DNA of 64,000 nt from Myxococcota bacterium (GTDB lineage: Bacteria; Myxococcota_A; Polyangia; Nannocystales; Nannocystaceae): contig JBCCHT010000012.1 of NCBI GenBank assembly GCA_039028615.1, forward strand, positions 160,001 through 224,000. The letters are read 5' to 3'. The position numbers were made by a program, and so were the translations under genes. Below are positions 38,024-49,195 of this stretch, in pieces. Position 1 is the stretch's first letter. Every line of letters starts with the position of its first letter. The notes beneath the pieces are model-generated. The model ran no database searches. It saw nothing but the letters and a program-made list of their open reading frames with translations, and had not been told where the DNA came from.

Positions 38024-39220
38024 ATGCAACGAGGTGGAGTCGCGGCTGGTCTTGCCGCGGTGCTCGGGCTGCTCGTCGGGTGTCCGAGCAGCGACGAGGG
38101 GGAGGATGATGTCTTTGCGCGAGCGCTGATCGGGCCCGAGGGAGGTGAGGTCGCCGGGGGCAGTGTGGTCCTGGACATCCCCGCGGGTGCACTGACGGCG
38201 GAGACGGAGATCGAGCTTCGCCGCGCCGAGATCAACACGCTGACGGCACCGGGCTACCGCCAAGCGGGCGCGGTCATCTCGATCCACCCCGAAGGTCTGA
38301 TCTTGCGACAGCCGGCTGCGCTGACCTTCACCAACAGCCGCGACGAGCCCGCCGTGCTCGTTCAGCAAGACGGCCTCCCCGTGGCCACGCACGGCGACAC
38401 GGCCTACATCAACGAGTTTGCGGGGGCGGTGGCGAGCACTATCGAAGAGGAGACGATGCCTCGCGTGGTGGTGCAGGAGCCGAGCCTGGGGCTGCGCCCC
38501 GACGACGCGGGCACGACCCTTCGCGACACCGTGCGCCTGTCCTTGGAGGTCAGCGACACCCCCGATCTGGCGGTGGTGCTGACCATCTACGACACGGACG
38601 AAGCCTACGACAAACCGCTCAACGGCACGGGCGAGGGCGAGTGCGGGTTCCGGCTGCTCAACATCAACGGTGGCTCGCTCGCGGGCGACTGCACCGAGGG
38701 CTCATTCACGGGCACCGTTCGCACCACCACCTCGCTGGTCTCCTTCGATATCGAGCCCTTCCTCAGCGGCAAGATGGAGACCCCCGTCACCGTGGGCTTG
38801 GTGGTGGGCAACGAAGAGGTGGCCTATCACGCGGGCTTCTTCAGCTTCGACACCGGCTCGTGCTTCAACGAGACCTGCTCGGGCGTGGGCACCTGCGTCC
38901 CGCAAGGCGGCTCTGCGGTCTGCGAGTGCGACGAGGGCTTCCAAGCCGAAGGACTCGAGTGCGTCTGCGCCCCGCAATGCGACGGCCGACTCTGCGGACC
39001 CGACAGCTGCGGAGGCACCTGCGATCCGGGCTGCGGCGAGGGTGAGGTCTGCAACGACGAGGCCGGACAGTGCGAGCCCGATGACACCCCGCCGCCCGCG
39101 ACCGACAGCACCGACGGTGGCGACAGCACCAGCGACGGCGGAGGCATGAGCAGCGACGGGATGATGGGCACCACCGATGGCACGACCGGCGGTGGTGGCA
39201 GCAGCAGCGGCACCGGCTGA
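38024..39220 (+). CDS. Lipoprotein with ZU5-like N-terminal and EGF-like Cys-rich C-terminal domains
   Basis: Lipobox LLVGC; IGPEGG...LDIPAGAL; CSGVGTC...CECDEGF; CGPDSCGGTC; S/T/G/D tail. Confidence 0.75.
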   Translation: MQRGGVAAGLAAVLGLLVGCPSSDEGEDDVFARALIGPEGGEVAGGSVVLDIPAGALTAETEIELRRAEINTLTAPGYRQAGAVISIHPEGLILRQPAALTFTNSRDEPAVLVQQDGLPVATHGDTAYINEFAGAVASTIEEETMPRVVVQEPSLGLRPDDAGTTLRDTVRLSLEVSDTPDLAVVLTIYDTDEAYDKPLNGTGEGECGFRLLNINGGSLAGDCTEGSFTGTVRTTTSLVSFDIEPFLSGKMETPVTVGLVVGNEEVAYHAGFFSFDTGSCFNETCSGVGTCVPQGGSAVCECDEGFQAEGLECVCAPQCDGRLCGPDSCGGTCDPGCGEGEVCNDEAGQCEPDDTPPPATDSTDGGDSTSDGGGMSSDGMMGTTDGTTGGGGSSSGTG

Positions 39221-39362
39221 CCATCGCCCGACAACAAAACCGGCCACAACTGCAGCGAATCGGCAGTTTCTGCCGGCTTTTCGAAAAAGTGACGGATCGA
39301 ACCGGCGGTGCACATCTTACGCATCGACCGGTACCCTGCTCATGAACCGACGGAGTCTAGGC

Positions 39363-41819
39363 ATGCATAAGTCACTGTTGCTCACGGTCCCCATGCTCAT
39401 GCTCGCTTGCGGGGACGACCCCGTGACCCCGAGCGATGGCGGCAGCAGTAGTACGGGCGGCACCACCAGCGACGGCTCCACCGCGGCCACGCCCCCGAGC
39501 GCGGACGAGACGGGCACGACGGGCGAGGATCCGAGCACCGACGACAGTACTGGCGACGAGCCGGATCCCAAGACGGTCGGCTGCACCTTCGCGGGATTCG
39601 AAGAAACCGCCTTTTCTCCCGAGGGCACCGCCTTCGACTGGGGCGAGGTCACACCCGACTTCACCCTCGAGACGCTGCGCGGGCCGTGGACGCTCTCGGA
39701 TCAGTGGGGCGACTGCTCGGTCGTCACCCTGCTGCCCTTCAACGCGCAGTTCACCGTGCAAGACGTCGCGGACCTGGTCGAGGGTAGCGCACCGAACAAC
39801 ACCTATCTCATCTACTCCCGCGGGCTCGACCCCACCAACGACGTCAGCCAGATCGGAGCGGACATCGAGGCGTACCTCGAGGCGCAGGGCCCCGAGGTCT
39901 ACGAGGAGTGGACCGAGCGCTTCCGCTACGTGACCCAGACCACCGCCGGAGTGCCGCTCTTCGACGCCACCGACGCGGTCAACACCCAGTACTTCGTCAT
40001 CGACTCCCGCCAGCGGCTGCGCGACGCGGGCAGCTACAACGCCTTCAACGGCGACTTCACGCCCGCCATCGAGATGGCGAAGTTCGGCGCCCATTGGTTC
40101 AACTACGAGCGCCGCACCGAGGACAAGCTCGAGGCCGAGGCCCGCGATCCCGACGTGCTCATCGTCCCGTGGGTCACCGAGGGCTTCGACCAGACCGACG
40201 AGGGGCGGCTGGCGATCGAGCTGCCCTCCGCCGAGGAGATGGCCCGCTACGACCGCATGGAGATCGTGGTCAAGGAGACCTGCGGCGAGGGAGCCCGCTT
40301 CCCCGTGCACTTCGGGCTGTGCCCCGCCTGGGACGTGGGCCACAAGATCAGCCTCTGCGAGGCCGAGGACGAGTGCACCAGCGACGAGTACAACCAGCTG
40401 TATCGCTACATCACGGGCTATCACTCCGGCGTGTGGCTATACGAGGACGTCTCGCACGGCCTGCCTTGGTTCAAGCAGGGCGGCACTCGCTGGCTCCGTA
40501 CCAACCGCGGCGACTTCGTGGGCACGGTGGAGTTCCACTTCTTCGACGACGGTGAGCCCGAGCCCAGCGAGCATATCGGCGCGGCGCGGCACCTCACCGA
40601 CCTGGGCGTGGCGAGCTTCGACGCCACCCACAACGACTCGTTCCCCAGCTACTCGTTCACCCCGCCGCCGGGTACCGTCCGCGTGATGCTCGACGCCCGG
40701 GTCCAGGGCGGCGGCAACCAGGCGGGCAACGGTTGCGCCGAGTTCTGCTCGCACGAGCACGACATCGCCATCAACGGCCAGAGCTTCCAGCACACCTTCG
40801 TCATGAACCAGAGCGGCTACGAGTGTGCCGAGCGGACCCGCGAGGGCGTCACCGCGGGGCAGTTCGGCACCTGGTTCTTCGACCGCGGCTCGTGGTGCCC
40901 CGGCGGCCCCGTGGAGCGCTGGCAGGTCGACATCACCGACGCGGTCGATCTCGAGGGCCCCAACGACGTGGTGATGACCAACGGCTTCGCGGGCAACACC
41001 TGGCCCCCCGGCGGAGGCCTGACCGCCACCGTCTGGGTCGTGTTCTACGGCGCCGACGGGGAGGCGCTCATCGAGCGCCAGCCCCCGGTGCAGTGCGCCA
41101 ACCCTCCCACCGTCACCGTGCGCGACTTCTCGCGCACCCATCCCGACTTCGAGCCGATTCAGCTGGCCTGGACCGCGCTCGCGGACGGTGACCCGGTCAA
41201 GGAGGCGGCCCGAGGTGCGCTGACCGGCGTGGTCGCGCCCGACCTGGTGCTCGTGGACGACGAGTGGAAGCCGCAGCTCATCTGGCCCGAGGACACGCTG
41301 CCCTACACCACCGCCGCCAGCTTCGACGACTGGTGGCGAGACTCGGCCGACAGCTTCACCACCGTGCCCTCGCCCGACACCTTCGTGCGCAGCCGCCAGG
41401 GCACCGCCGGCTTCTTCCGCAGCTCGGGCGGGCTGTATGCCGCGGGCCCGCTGATCCCCGGCGACTTCGGCTACGGCAACGAGGAGCTCACCTTCAACCT
41501 CCACGGCGTGGCCACCCCGGTCAACACGACCTACACCGCGGAGATCGTCGGCGACTTCGAGTATCAGCCCGGTCAGCGCCTGCGCTTCGCCTCCAAGGCG
41601 GACCTGTTCGTGTTCATCGATCACCAGCTCGTGCACGAGTCGGGCGGCTTCTTGAACAAGAACTTCGGCGACAGTCGGACCATTCTCGAGCTCGACGACT
41701 TCGCGGGGCCCCTGGGCCTGGTGGCGGGCGACAGCTACGACATGCACATCTTCGCGGCGGGCACCCGGGGGCAGTACGCCAACCCGCAGCTGTGGATCGA
41801 GCACCCCGCCTGCGACTGA
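39363..41819 (+). CDS. Lipoprotein with peptide-N-glycosidase F-like domains and fibro-slime/PA14-like domain
   Basis: Lipobox LMLAC; CPAWD, RYITGY, CAEFC, GTWFFDRGSWCPG; VRDFSRTHPDFE near the C-terminus. Alternative start 39342. Confidence 0.75.
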   Translation: MHKSLLLTVPMLMLACGDDPVTPSDGGSSSTGGTTSDGSTAATPPSADETGTTGEDPSTDDSTGDEPDPKTVGCTFAGFEETAFSPEGTAFDWGEVTPDFTLETLRGPWTLSDQWGDCSVVTLLPFNAQFTVQDVADLVEGSAPNNTYLIYSRGLDPTNDVSQIGADIEAYLEAQGPEVYEEWTERFRYVTQTTAGVPLFDATDAVNTQYFVIDSRQRLRDAGSYNAFNGDFTPAIEMAKFGAHWFNYERRTEDKLEAEARDPDVLIVPWVTEGFDQTDEGRLAIELPSAEEMARYDRMEIVVKETCGEGARFPVHFGLCPAWDVGHKISLCEAEDECTSDEYNQLYRYITGYHSGVWLYEDVSHGLPWFKQGGTRWLRTNRGDFVGTVEFHFFDDGEPEPSEHIGAARHLTDLGVASFDATHNDSFPSYSFTPPPGTVRVMLDARVQGGGNQAGNGCAEFCSHEHDIAINGQSFQHTFVMNQSGYECAERTREGVTAGQFGTWFFDRGSWCPGGPVERWQVDITDAVDLEGPNDVVMTNGFAGNTWPPGGGLTATVWVVFYGADGEALIERQPPVQCANPPTVTVRDFSRTHPDFEPIQLAWTALADGDPVKEAARGALTGVVAPDLVLVDDEWKPQLIWPEDTLPYTTAASFDDWWRDSADSFTTVPSPDTFVRSRQGTAGFFRSSGGLYAAGPLIPGDFGYGNEELTFNLHGVATPVNTTYTAEIVGDFEYQPGQRLRFASKADLFVFIDHQLVHESGGFLNKNFGDSRTILELDDFAGPLGLVAGDSYDMHIFAAGTRGQYANPQLWIEHPACD

Positions 41820-42437
41820 GGCGCTCGTCACCGTCACGACTCCGTGGTCGGGGTGCGATCACGATCGATGAATCGGTCAGTTTCGTCGCCGCCCCGACCG
41901 CGCCCCCGGGACTTTCCCCGACGCTTCCGAACACCCCGTGACTGCGGCCACCAATCGAGCGGACCCAGATCTACAGATCTGCGCTCACGCTCAAAAAATC
42001 CGCACGTAGGGCCAATTTTCTCCGCTCACGATCGCGGTGAAATATTGGTGTGCTCCACAGGGGGTTCGCGTCCTCACGGAAATCGGCTGGCACACCCCAC
42101 CCCGTGAATCGAGCGGAATGACTCGGCCCGATTCCCGCTCCTACGGCGAGATGCGAACAATTGCGTCTTCCGCCGAGGCCTGTGACACCCAGACCTGTGG
42201 CTATGTGGCCTTGGGTTCGGCAAGCCCCATCGCAACGATTCTCCGATTTTCTAGAATCGCTCAAAACACCCGCTAGCTCCACGCTGAAGCCATTTGCGCA
42301 CATCGGCGCACATTGAATGATCGGACGCTGCCCCCTAGGATGCCCTCGACCCGATCGCGGGTCGGGACTCGATGTTGTTCGCTGTGAGACGCACCGCACC
42401 GGTGTGGTCTCTCCGACTCCTGGGGAGTGTCAGAACG

Positions 42438-44738
42438 ATGAAGTTGCGCAGGAACAAACGAACGCTGGGACTCGGCACCATTGCCGTCACGCTCGGCCTC
42501 ATGGCGACCGCCTCGTGCGGCAACGCCGACGAAAACGACGGCGACTGCCTGTCGAACGAGCAGTTCTTCCAGGAGAAGATCTATGCCCCCACGCTGACCG
42601 TGCGCTGCATCAGCTGCCACAACGACGTCGGCGAGGCGAGCAACACGAGCTTCATCCTGCGCGGCTCCGAGTCGGGCCCCGACTACCTCGAGCAGAACCT
42701 CAAGGTGTTCGAGCAGATGGCCAAGCTCGAGTACGACGGGGTCCCCTGGATCCTCGCCAAGCCGAGCAACGCAGTCGACCACTTCGGTGGCGAGCAGTTC
42801 CGAACCGACAGCGAGGAATATGCCGCCTTCCAGGAGATGATCGAGCGCATCGACAACCCGGTCACCTGCGAAGAGACCGACGTCACCGAGGAGTTCTTCG
42901 ACGGCGTCGAGCTGCTCGACGAGGTCGCCACCCTGCGCAAGGCCAGCCTGGCCCTGGTGGGGCGCCTGCCCACGGTCGAAGAGGAGCAGCTGGTCCGCGA
43001 CGGCGGGTTCGAGGCCCTCGACACCGTGCTCGACGACATGATGACCGACGAGCGCTTCCTCGACCGCGTCATCGAGATCTTCAACGACTCGTTCCTCACC
43101 GACCGCTACTACCCCACCACGCGGGCGCTCGACCTGTTGGCCGGGCTCACGGACGAGAACGACAACCAGATCTACCCCAACGTCTACTGGTACGACGAGC
43201 TGCCCGACGAAGAGGCCGCGCTCGCCGAGAGCTTCTCCAACCGGGCCCTCGCTCGCGAGTCGCTCCAGCTGGTCGCCCACGTCGTCCGCAACGACCTGCC
43301 CTTCACCGAGGTCCTCACCGCCGACTACACGATGGTGAACTCGTACTCGGCGCAGAGCTACGGGGTCAGCGCCCAGTTCGAGACGGGCGACTACGGAGAG
43401 TTCGTTCCCGTCCAGATCCCGGGCATCCCCCACGCCGGCGTGTTGACCAACACGATCATCATGACCCGGCTGCCCACCACGGACACCAACCGCAACCGGC
43501 ACCGGGCGCGCAAGGTCTTCGAGTTCTTCCTGGCCACCGACGTGCTGCGCCTGGGCGAGCGTCCCATCGACGCGACGGGCTCGGACATCCTCAACCCCAC
43601 CCTCAACAACCCCAACTGCTCCGTGTGCCACGCGGTCATCGACCCGGTGGCGGGCGCCCTGCAGAACTGGAGCATCGAGGGTCGCTACGCGCCGCGTGAC
43701 GAGGGCTGGTACCCGGAGATGCGGCAGCCCGGCTTCGGCGACGTGGTCATGCCGCCCTCGGAGAACGGTCGCGCCACCCAGTGGCTCGCCGAGCAGATCG
43801 CGAGCGACCCCCGCTTCACCGTCGCCCCGGTTCACATCATGTTCCGCGGCCTGTCGGGGCAGGAGCCGCTGCGCGAGCCCTCGGACCCGACCGACGAGTT
43901 CTACCTCCAGCACATCCGCGGCTTCGACGTGCAGTCCAAGGTCTTCCAGGAGATCGCCGACAAGTTCGTCGAGGACGATTACAACCTCAAGACGGTCGTC
44001 AAGGAGATCATCAAGTCTCCCTACTACCGCGCCCACAATGCCGAAGACCTCACCCCGGAGCGGGCCGCCGAGCTGTCCGACGTGGGTACGGGCCGACTGC
44101 TCACGCCCGAGCAGCTGCACCGCAAGATCGAGGCGATGACCGGTCAGCCCTGGCGAAACGGCGGCACCGACCTGCTGCTCACCGACGCCGAGTACTTGAT
44201 CTTCTACGGCGGCATCAACTCCGATGACGTCACCGAGCGCATCACCGAGCCCAACGGCATCATGGCCAACGTGGCCTCCCGCATGGCCAACGAGATGGCC
44301 TGCTGGACGGTCGCCGGAGACTTCGCCAAGGACCCGTCGGAGCGGGCGATGTTCCCCTTCGTCGAGCTCAGCTACGAGCCCGAGGACGCCAACGGCTTCG
44401 AGGTCAACGGCTCGGCCGGAGCCATCCGAGCCAACATCCAGTACCTCCACCACCGCCTGCTGGGCGAGTTCGTCGACCTGAACGACCCCGAGGTCAACCG
44501 CAGCTACGAGCTGTTCCTCGAGGTCTGGAAGGACGGCCACGCCAAGGTCGGCCTGCCCGCCGAAGAGGGCGGCTACCCGGCCAACCTCCCGGGCGCCTGC
44601 CAGGCCACGACCGACTTCTGGACCGGCATGCCGCTTCCCGAGGAACGCCAAGTGGTGAACGACGAGGGCTACACCGTCCGCGCGTGGATGGCCGTCACCG
44701 CCTACCTACTCTCCGACTACCGCTTCCTGCACGAGTAA
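42438..44738 (+). CDS. Lipoprotein with two CxxCH motifs, DUF1588/PSD-like partner of DUF1501
   Basis: Lipobox ATASC; CISCH and CSVCHAVIDP; LRKASLALVGRLPT, HAGVLT, NRNRHRAR, LLTPEQL. Confidence 0.75.
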   Translation: MKLRRNKRTLGLGTIAVTLGLMATASCGNADENDGDCLSNEQFFQEKIYAPTLTVRCISCHNDVGEASNTSFILRGSESGPDYLEQNLKVFEQMAKLEYDGVPWILAKPSNAVDHFGGEQFRTDSEEYAAFQEMIERIDNPVTCEETDVTEEFFDGVELLDEVATLRKASLALVGRLPTVEEEQLVRDGGFEALDTVLDDMMTDERFLDRVIEIFNDSFLTDRYYPTTRALDLLAGLTDENDNQIYPNVYWYDELPDEEAALAESFSNRALARESLQLVAHVVRNDLPFTEVLTADYTMVNSYSAQSYGVSAQFETGDYGEFVPVQIPGIPHAGVLTNTIIMTRLPTTDTNRNRHRARKVFEFFLATDVLRLGERPIDATGSDILNPTLNNPNCSVCHAVIDPVAGALQNWSIEGRYAPRDEGWYPEMRQPGFGDVVMPPSENGRATQWLAEQIASDPRFTVAPVHIMFRGLSGQEPLREPSDPTDEFYLQHIRGFDVQSKVFQEIADKFVEDDYNLKTVVKEIIKSPYYRAHNAEDLTPERAAELSDVGTGRLLTPEQLHRKIEAMTGQPWRNGGTDLLLTDAEYLIFYGGINSDDVTERITEPNGIMANVASRMANEMACWTVAGDFAKDPSERAMFPFVELSYEPEDANGFEVNGSAGAIRANIQYLHHRLLGEFVDLNDPEVNRSYELFLEVWKDGHAKVGLPAEEGGYPANLPGACQATTDFWTGMPLPEERQVVNDEGYTVRAWMAVTAYLLSDYRFLHE

Positions 44739-44768
44739 GCGCCGAGGAACGAAAAGGAAAACGTCATC

Positions 44769-46040
44769 ATGGACCGCCGAGACTTCCTCAAGCTCTCCTC
44801 CGCTGCCGGCCTTTCCGTGGTCTCGCCCGTCGTCTACGGCGAGCGAGGCCTCAAGGAGCCACCGCGCAGCAGCTACGCGCCCTACGAGGGCAAGCTCTTC
44901 CTCTTCGTCAACGCCGCGGGCGGGTGGGACCCCACCAGCCTCTGTGACCCCAAGGGCGCGGCCTACGAAGACGACCCGGAGCGGATGAACAACTACCTCG
45001 CCGCCGACATCGAGGAGGCGGGCAACATCCGCTACGCCCCGGTGGCGGGCAACAACGCCTTCTTCCAGAAGTACTACGACCGTACTTTGGTGGTGAACGG
45101 CATCGACATGCGCACCAACGGGCATGAGGCGGGCAACCGACACACGTGGAGTGGTCGGCTCTCCGAGGGCTACCCCTCGATGGCCGCGTTCTTTGCCGCC
45201 GCGTTCGGAGTCCAGCAACCGCTGGCCTTCATGACCTTCGGGGCCTACTCCGAGACGGCCGGGCTCGTGGCTCGTACGCGCTCGGGCAACGTCAACGTGC
45301 TCGAGCGGCTGGCATACCCCGCCCGCATGAACCCGGGTGACGAGACCTCGACCTTCCACAGCGAGCGCGCCCAGGAGCTGATGCTCAAGGCGCAGCAGGA
45401 CCGCGAGGTCGCCCTGCTCGAGAACCAGGGCCTGCCTCGCATCCGGCACTCGATGTCGACCCTGTTCACCTCGCGCTCGGGCTCCAACGAGCTGCGCCGC
45501 CTCACCGAGTTCCTGCCGGAGACCTTCTCCGACAACCGCATCGGCGAGCAGGCCCAGCTGGCCCTGGCCGCGTTCCGAGCCGGCGTGTGTGTGTCCGCCA
45601 ACCTCAGCATCGGCGGCTTCGACACCCACGGCAACCACGACGACAACCACTTCCCCAACCTCCAGCAGCTCACCGAGGGCCTGGACGTGCTGTGGGAAGA
45701 GGCCGAGGCCCACGGTGTCGCCGATCGCGTCATCGTGGCGGTGGGCTCCGACTTCGGCCGCACGCCGGGCTACAACGGCGGCAACGGCAAGGACCACTGG
45801 CCCATCAGCTCCATGATGTTCATGGGCTCGGGCATCCCCGGGAACAAGGTCATCGGCTCGAGCACCGAGCGCCACCAGGCCAACGCCGTCAACCTCAGCA
45901 CCCTGGCCGAAGACCCCAGCGGCTCGAACCTCGAGCCGGGCCATGTCTGCCAGGCCATGCGCCAGCTCGCCGGGCTCGAGAACTCCGAGCTCGCCGCGAT
46001 GTTCCCCATCGAGAACGAGGTCGTGCCGCTGTTCAGCTGA
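44769..46040 (+). CDS. Tat-exported DUF1501-family protein
   Basis: MDRRDFLK twin-Arg; GGWD, GGFDTH, SDFGRTP, GKDHW. Confidence 0.88.
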   Translation: MDRRDFLKLSSAAGLSVVSPVVYGERGLKEPPRSSYAPYEGKLFLFVNAAGGWDPTSLCDPKGAAYEDDPERMNNYLAADIEEAGNIRYAPVAGNNAFFQKYYDRTLVVNGIDMRTNGHEAGNRHTWSGRLSEGYPSMAAFFAAAFGVQQPLAFMTFGAYSETAGLVARTRSGNVNVLERLAYPARMNPGDETSTFHSERAQELMLKAQQDREVALLENQGLPRIRHSMSTLFTSRSGSNELRRLTEFLPETFSDNRIGEQAQLALAAFRAGVCVSANLSIGGFDTHGNHDDNHFPNLQQLTEGLDVLWEEAEAHGVADRVIVAVGSDFGRTPGYNGGNGKDHWPISSMMFMGSGIPGNKVIGSSTERHQANAVNLSTLAEDPSGSNLEPGHVCQAMRQLAGLENSELAAMFPIENEVVPLFS

Positions 46041-46051
46041 GCGCTTTCGCC

Positions 46052-46104
46052 GACGACGCCGGGCCGGGCGGCACCCACGGGTGTCCCCGGCCTTCGTCGT
46101 TTTT
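46052..46104 (+). terminator. Probable intrinsic terminator
   Basis: Imperfect GC-rich stem (GACGA...GGCCGGG/CCCGGCC...TCGTC) followed by TTTTT just after the DUF1501 stop. Confidence 0.55.
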
Positions 46105-46172
46105 GCCGCCTGCTCGCTTCCGGGCTTCGCGGATCCCGCTGCCCCGGGCTATGCTCGGGGACCCCGGGCCGC

Positions 46173-46703
46173 ATGGGCTACCTGTTCCTCATCGTGGCTG
46201 GCTGGGCCACCTACGGCATCTTCCGCATGGTCCGCACCGGTCGGGAGAGCCAGCGCTACCTCATCGAGTCACGCGAGGAGGTGCCGCTCCAGGTCGAGCA
46301 CCTCAGCCGCCCCCTGGCGCGCCTGGCCGAGGACACCCGCCTGCTGCGAATCAGCCTCGAGGCGCCCGTGCGACAGATCCGCGAGCTTCTCACGGGCGAC
46401 CTGGACACCACCAGCGTCGAGGACCTGCACGGCTTCGACAACATGTTGATCAACGTCACTCGGCAGCTCAACGAGTGGCTCCAGAGCGTCGATCGCCTGC
46501 CCCCCACGGAGACCGCCACCCTCCAGGACCTGGGCCTGAGCTCCGAGCCCGTCCGCAACGCCTTGAGCCAGGAGGGCTGGTCCTTCGACCGCCGCAACGT
46601 GCGAGGCCCGGGCGGCTCCATGGACCAGCGGATCCAGCGGATCATCGGCGAGCTGCACCGGGTCGAGACCCAGCTGCAGACCCCCGGGCGCCTGTATCGC
46701 TGA
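46173..46703 (+). CDS. Hypothetical protein with N-terminal TM anchor
   Basis: MGYLFLIVAGWATYGIF then a helical domain; strong GC3 bias. Confidence 0.75.
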   Translation: MGYLFLIVAGWATYGIFRMVRTGRESQRYLIESREEVPLQVEHLSRPLARLAEDTRLLRISLEAPVRQIRELLTGDLDTTSVEDLHGFDNMLINVTRQLNEWLQSVDRLPPTETATLQDLGLSSEPVRNALSQEGWSFDRRNVRGPGGSMDQRIQRIIGELHRVETQLQTPGRLYR

Positions 46704-46914
46704 GCCCGTTTTCTGACACTTTGTCTGCCCGCGGTGCGGCGCGTTGTCGCGCTGGCGCGAGGCGAGTGGCAACTCCCGTCACCGGAAGTGTTGAAGGCTG
46801 CAACACCCGTGGGATTTGGCGCGTTTGAATCCAACGATGAATGTGCTGGCCCGCACTCTGCAATGAAGACGCAGTGAACCTTTCGACTCCCCTTCGCGTC
46901 CAAATAGATGTCCG

Positions 46915-47007
46915 ATGATGGTATCTCCGATCACTATTACCCTCGCCTTGATGGCTTGTGCTTTCGTTATCGCCGTGGCTTACGTGGCCATCGACGAGCA
47001 CGTCTGA
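46915..47007 (+). CDS. Possible 30-aa hydrophobic peptide
   Basis: Manual translation MMVSPITITLALMACAFVIAVAYVAIDEHV*; no strong RBS. Confidence 0.35.
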   Translation: MMVSPITITLALMACAFVIAVAYVAIDEHV

Positions 47008-47236
47008 CACCGACCGAGGGTTTACCCCCGAGGGGGTCCACCAGTAGCCGTGCGGTCGCCCGATCGCGCGGCTTCGGTGCGTCTGGAGCCCGGGAGAACA
47101 CCCAAGGGGATCCACCCAAGGGTCTTCCACCCGTCCTCCCCACGCGACGACGGCGGCCCCAAAGCGCTCCAGAACGTCGCTGGAGCCACCTCAGGCCGCC
47201 GCTGCGCCCGCCGGGCTTCGCCGGCTGTGCCGCGGC

Positions 47237-48430
<1,194 letters not shown>

Positions 48431-48536
48431 GGTCTGTCGTCTCCGTCCGGGCGAAGGGTATCAACCCCGGACGCAGCGCTGCCCGCAAATGGTTCAGCTA
48501 TGGAACGTGAGCAGACCCGCCTAGTCTGGCCTCACG

Positions 48537-48628
48537 AAAAAGGGTGGCCCGGTCCCGACCGGTGAAGAGGGAGAGTTCGACGATACTGCCCCCAGACATC
48601 GCCGAACCGGTACGGGACCGGGAACACC
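48537..48628 (-). terminator. Long-loop hairpin followed by U-tract
   Basis: Arms CCCGGTCCCG-ACCGGT / ACCGGT-A-CGGGACCGGG around a ~42-nt loop, then TTTTT on the minus strand, directly after the stop at 48630. Confidence 0.55.
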
Positions 48629-48629
48629 G

Positions 48630-49139
48630 CTATGGAATCACGATGCGACCAGGCGCCCCGGAAGCTCCGGTGGCCGTGTGACACGACGAACAGCTCCCAT
48701 TGACTTGCATGGTGTTCATCAGTCGAGTGGCGCCGTTGACAACGACGGAGGCCCGGTACGGCATTGCAACAGGACCATCGTTCGCCGCGAGGTAGAAGTT
48801 ACCGGCCTCGTTGGTCGGCAGGCTGATCTCACGCCCGTTGGCGTCGACGATCTCGACCGTGGCGCCCTCGAAGCCGAAGCACTCGTTGGGCTCCGCGAAC
48901 AGCTCGTAGACGGTGCCCGCGATCAGGAACTCGGGGCCGCCGTTGGTGGCATGGCAGGCGATGCAATCGCCCCCGGGGTGCATCTGCGGGGACCCCTCGT
49001 TGCCTCCGACCCAGCGCCGCCCGGACACGCATTCGTCGTTGGAGACGGTCGCGACGAGCGGACCGCCGTCATCGTCGTCACAGCCCGCCAGGGGAATCGA
49101 GAGCAATACCGCAGCGAACGCAAGGCGAAGGTCGACCAT
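48630..49139 (-). CDS. Small diheme c-type cytochrome lipoprotein
   Basis: Lipobox PLAGC; MHPGGDCIACH and GSCSSCH flanking a beta-sandwich-like segment (AGTVY, TNEAGNFY). Confidence 0.78.
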   Translation of the reverse strand: MVDLRLAFAAVLLSIPLAGCDDDDGGPLVATVSNDECVSGRRWVGGNEGSPQMHPGGDCIACHATNGGPEFLIAGTVYELFAEPNECFGFEGATVEIVDANGREISLPTNEAGNFYLAANDGPVAMPYRASVVVNGATRLMNTMQVNGSCSSCHTATGASGAPGRIVIP

Positions 49140-49195
49140 CACCCACCCCTTGCGCCGAGCGCCCCGATCGTTACAAACCAAATCGGGATGCTGGG

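Noticed and set aside
42273..44651. 792-aa minus-strand ORF (likewise 9957..12014, 25897..27993, 29825..31612, 58860..60692)
   Set aside because: Antisense shadows of well-supported genes, expected in high-GC3 DNA; no motifs.
48431..48628. Glycine riboswitch upstream of kbl
   Set aside because: Conserved aptamer motifs not found on the minus strand.
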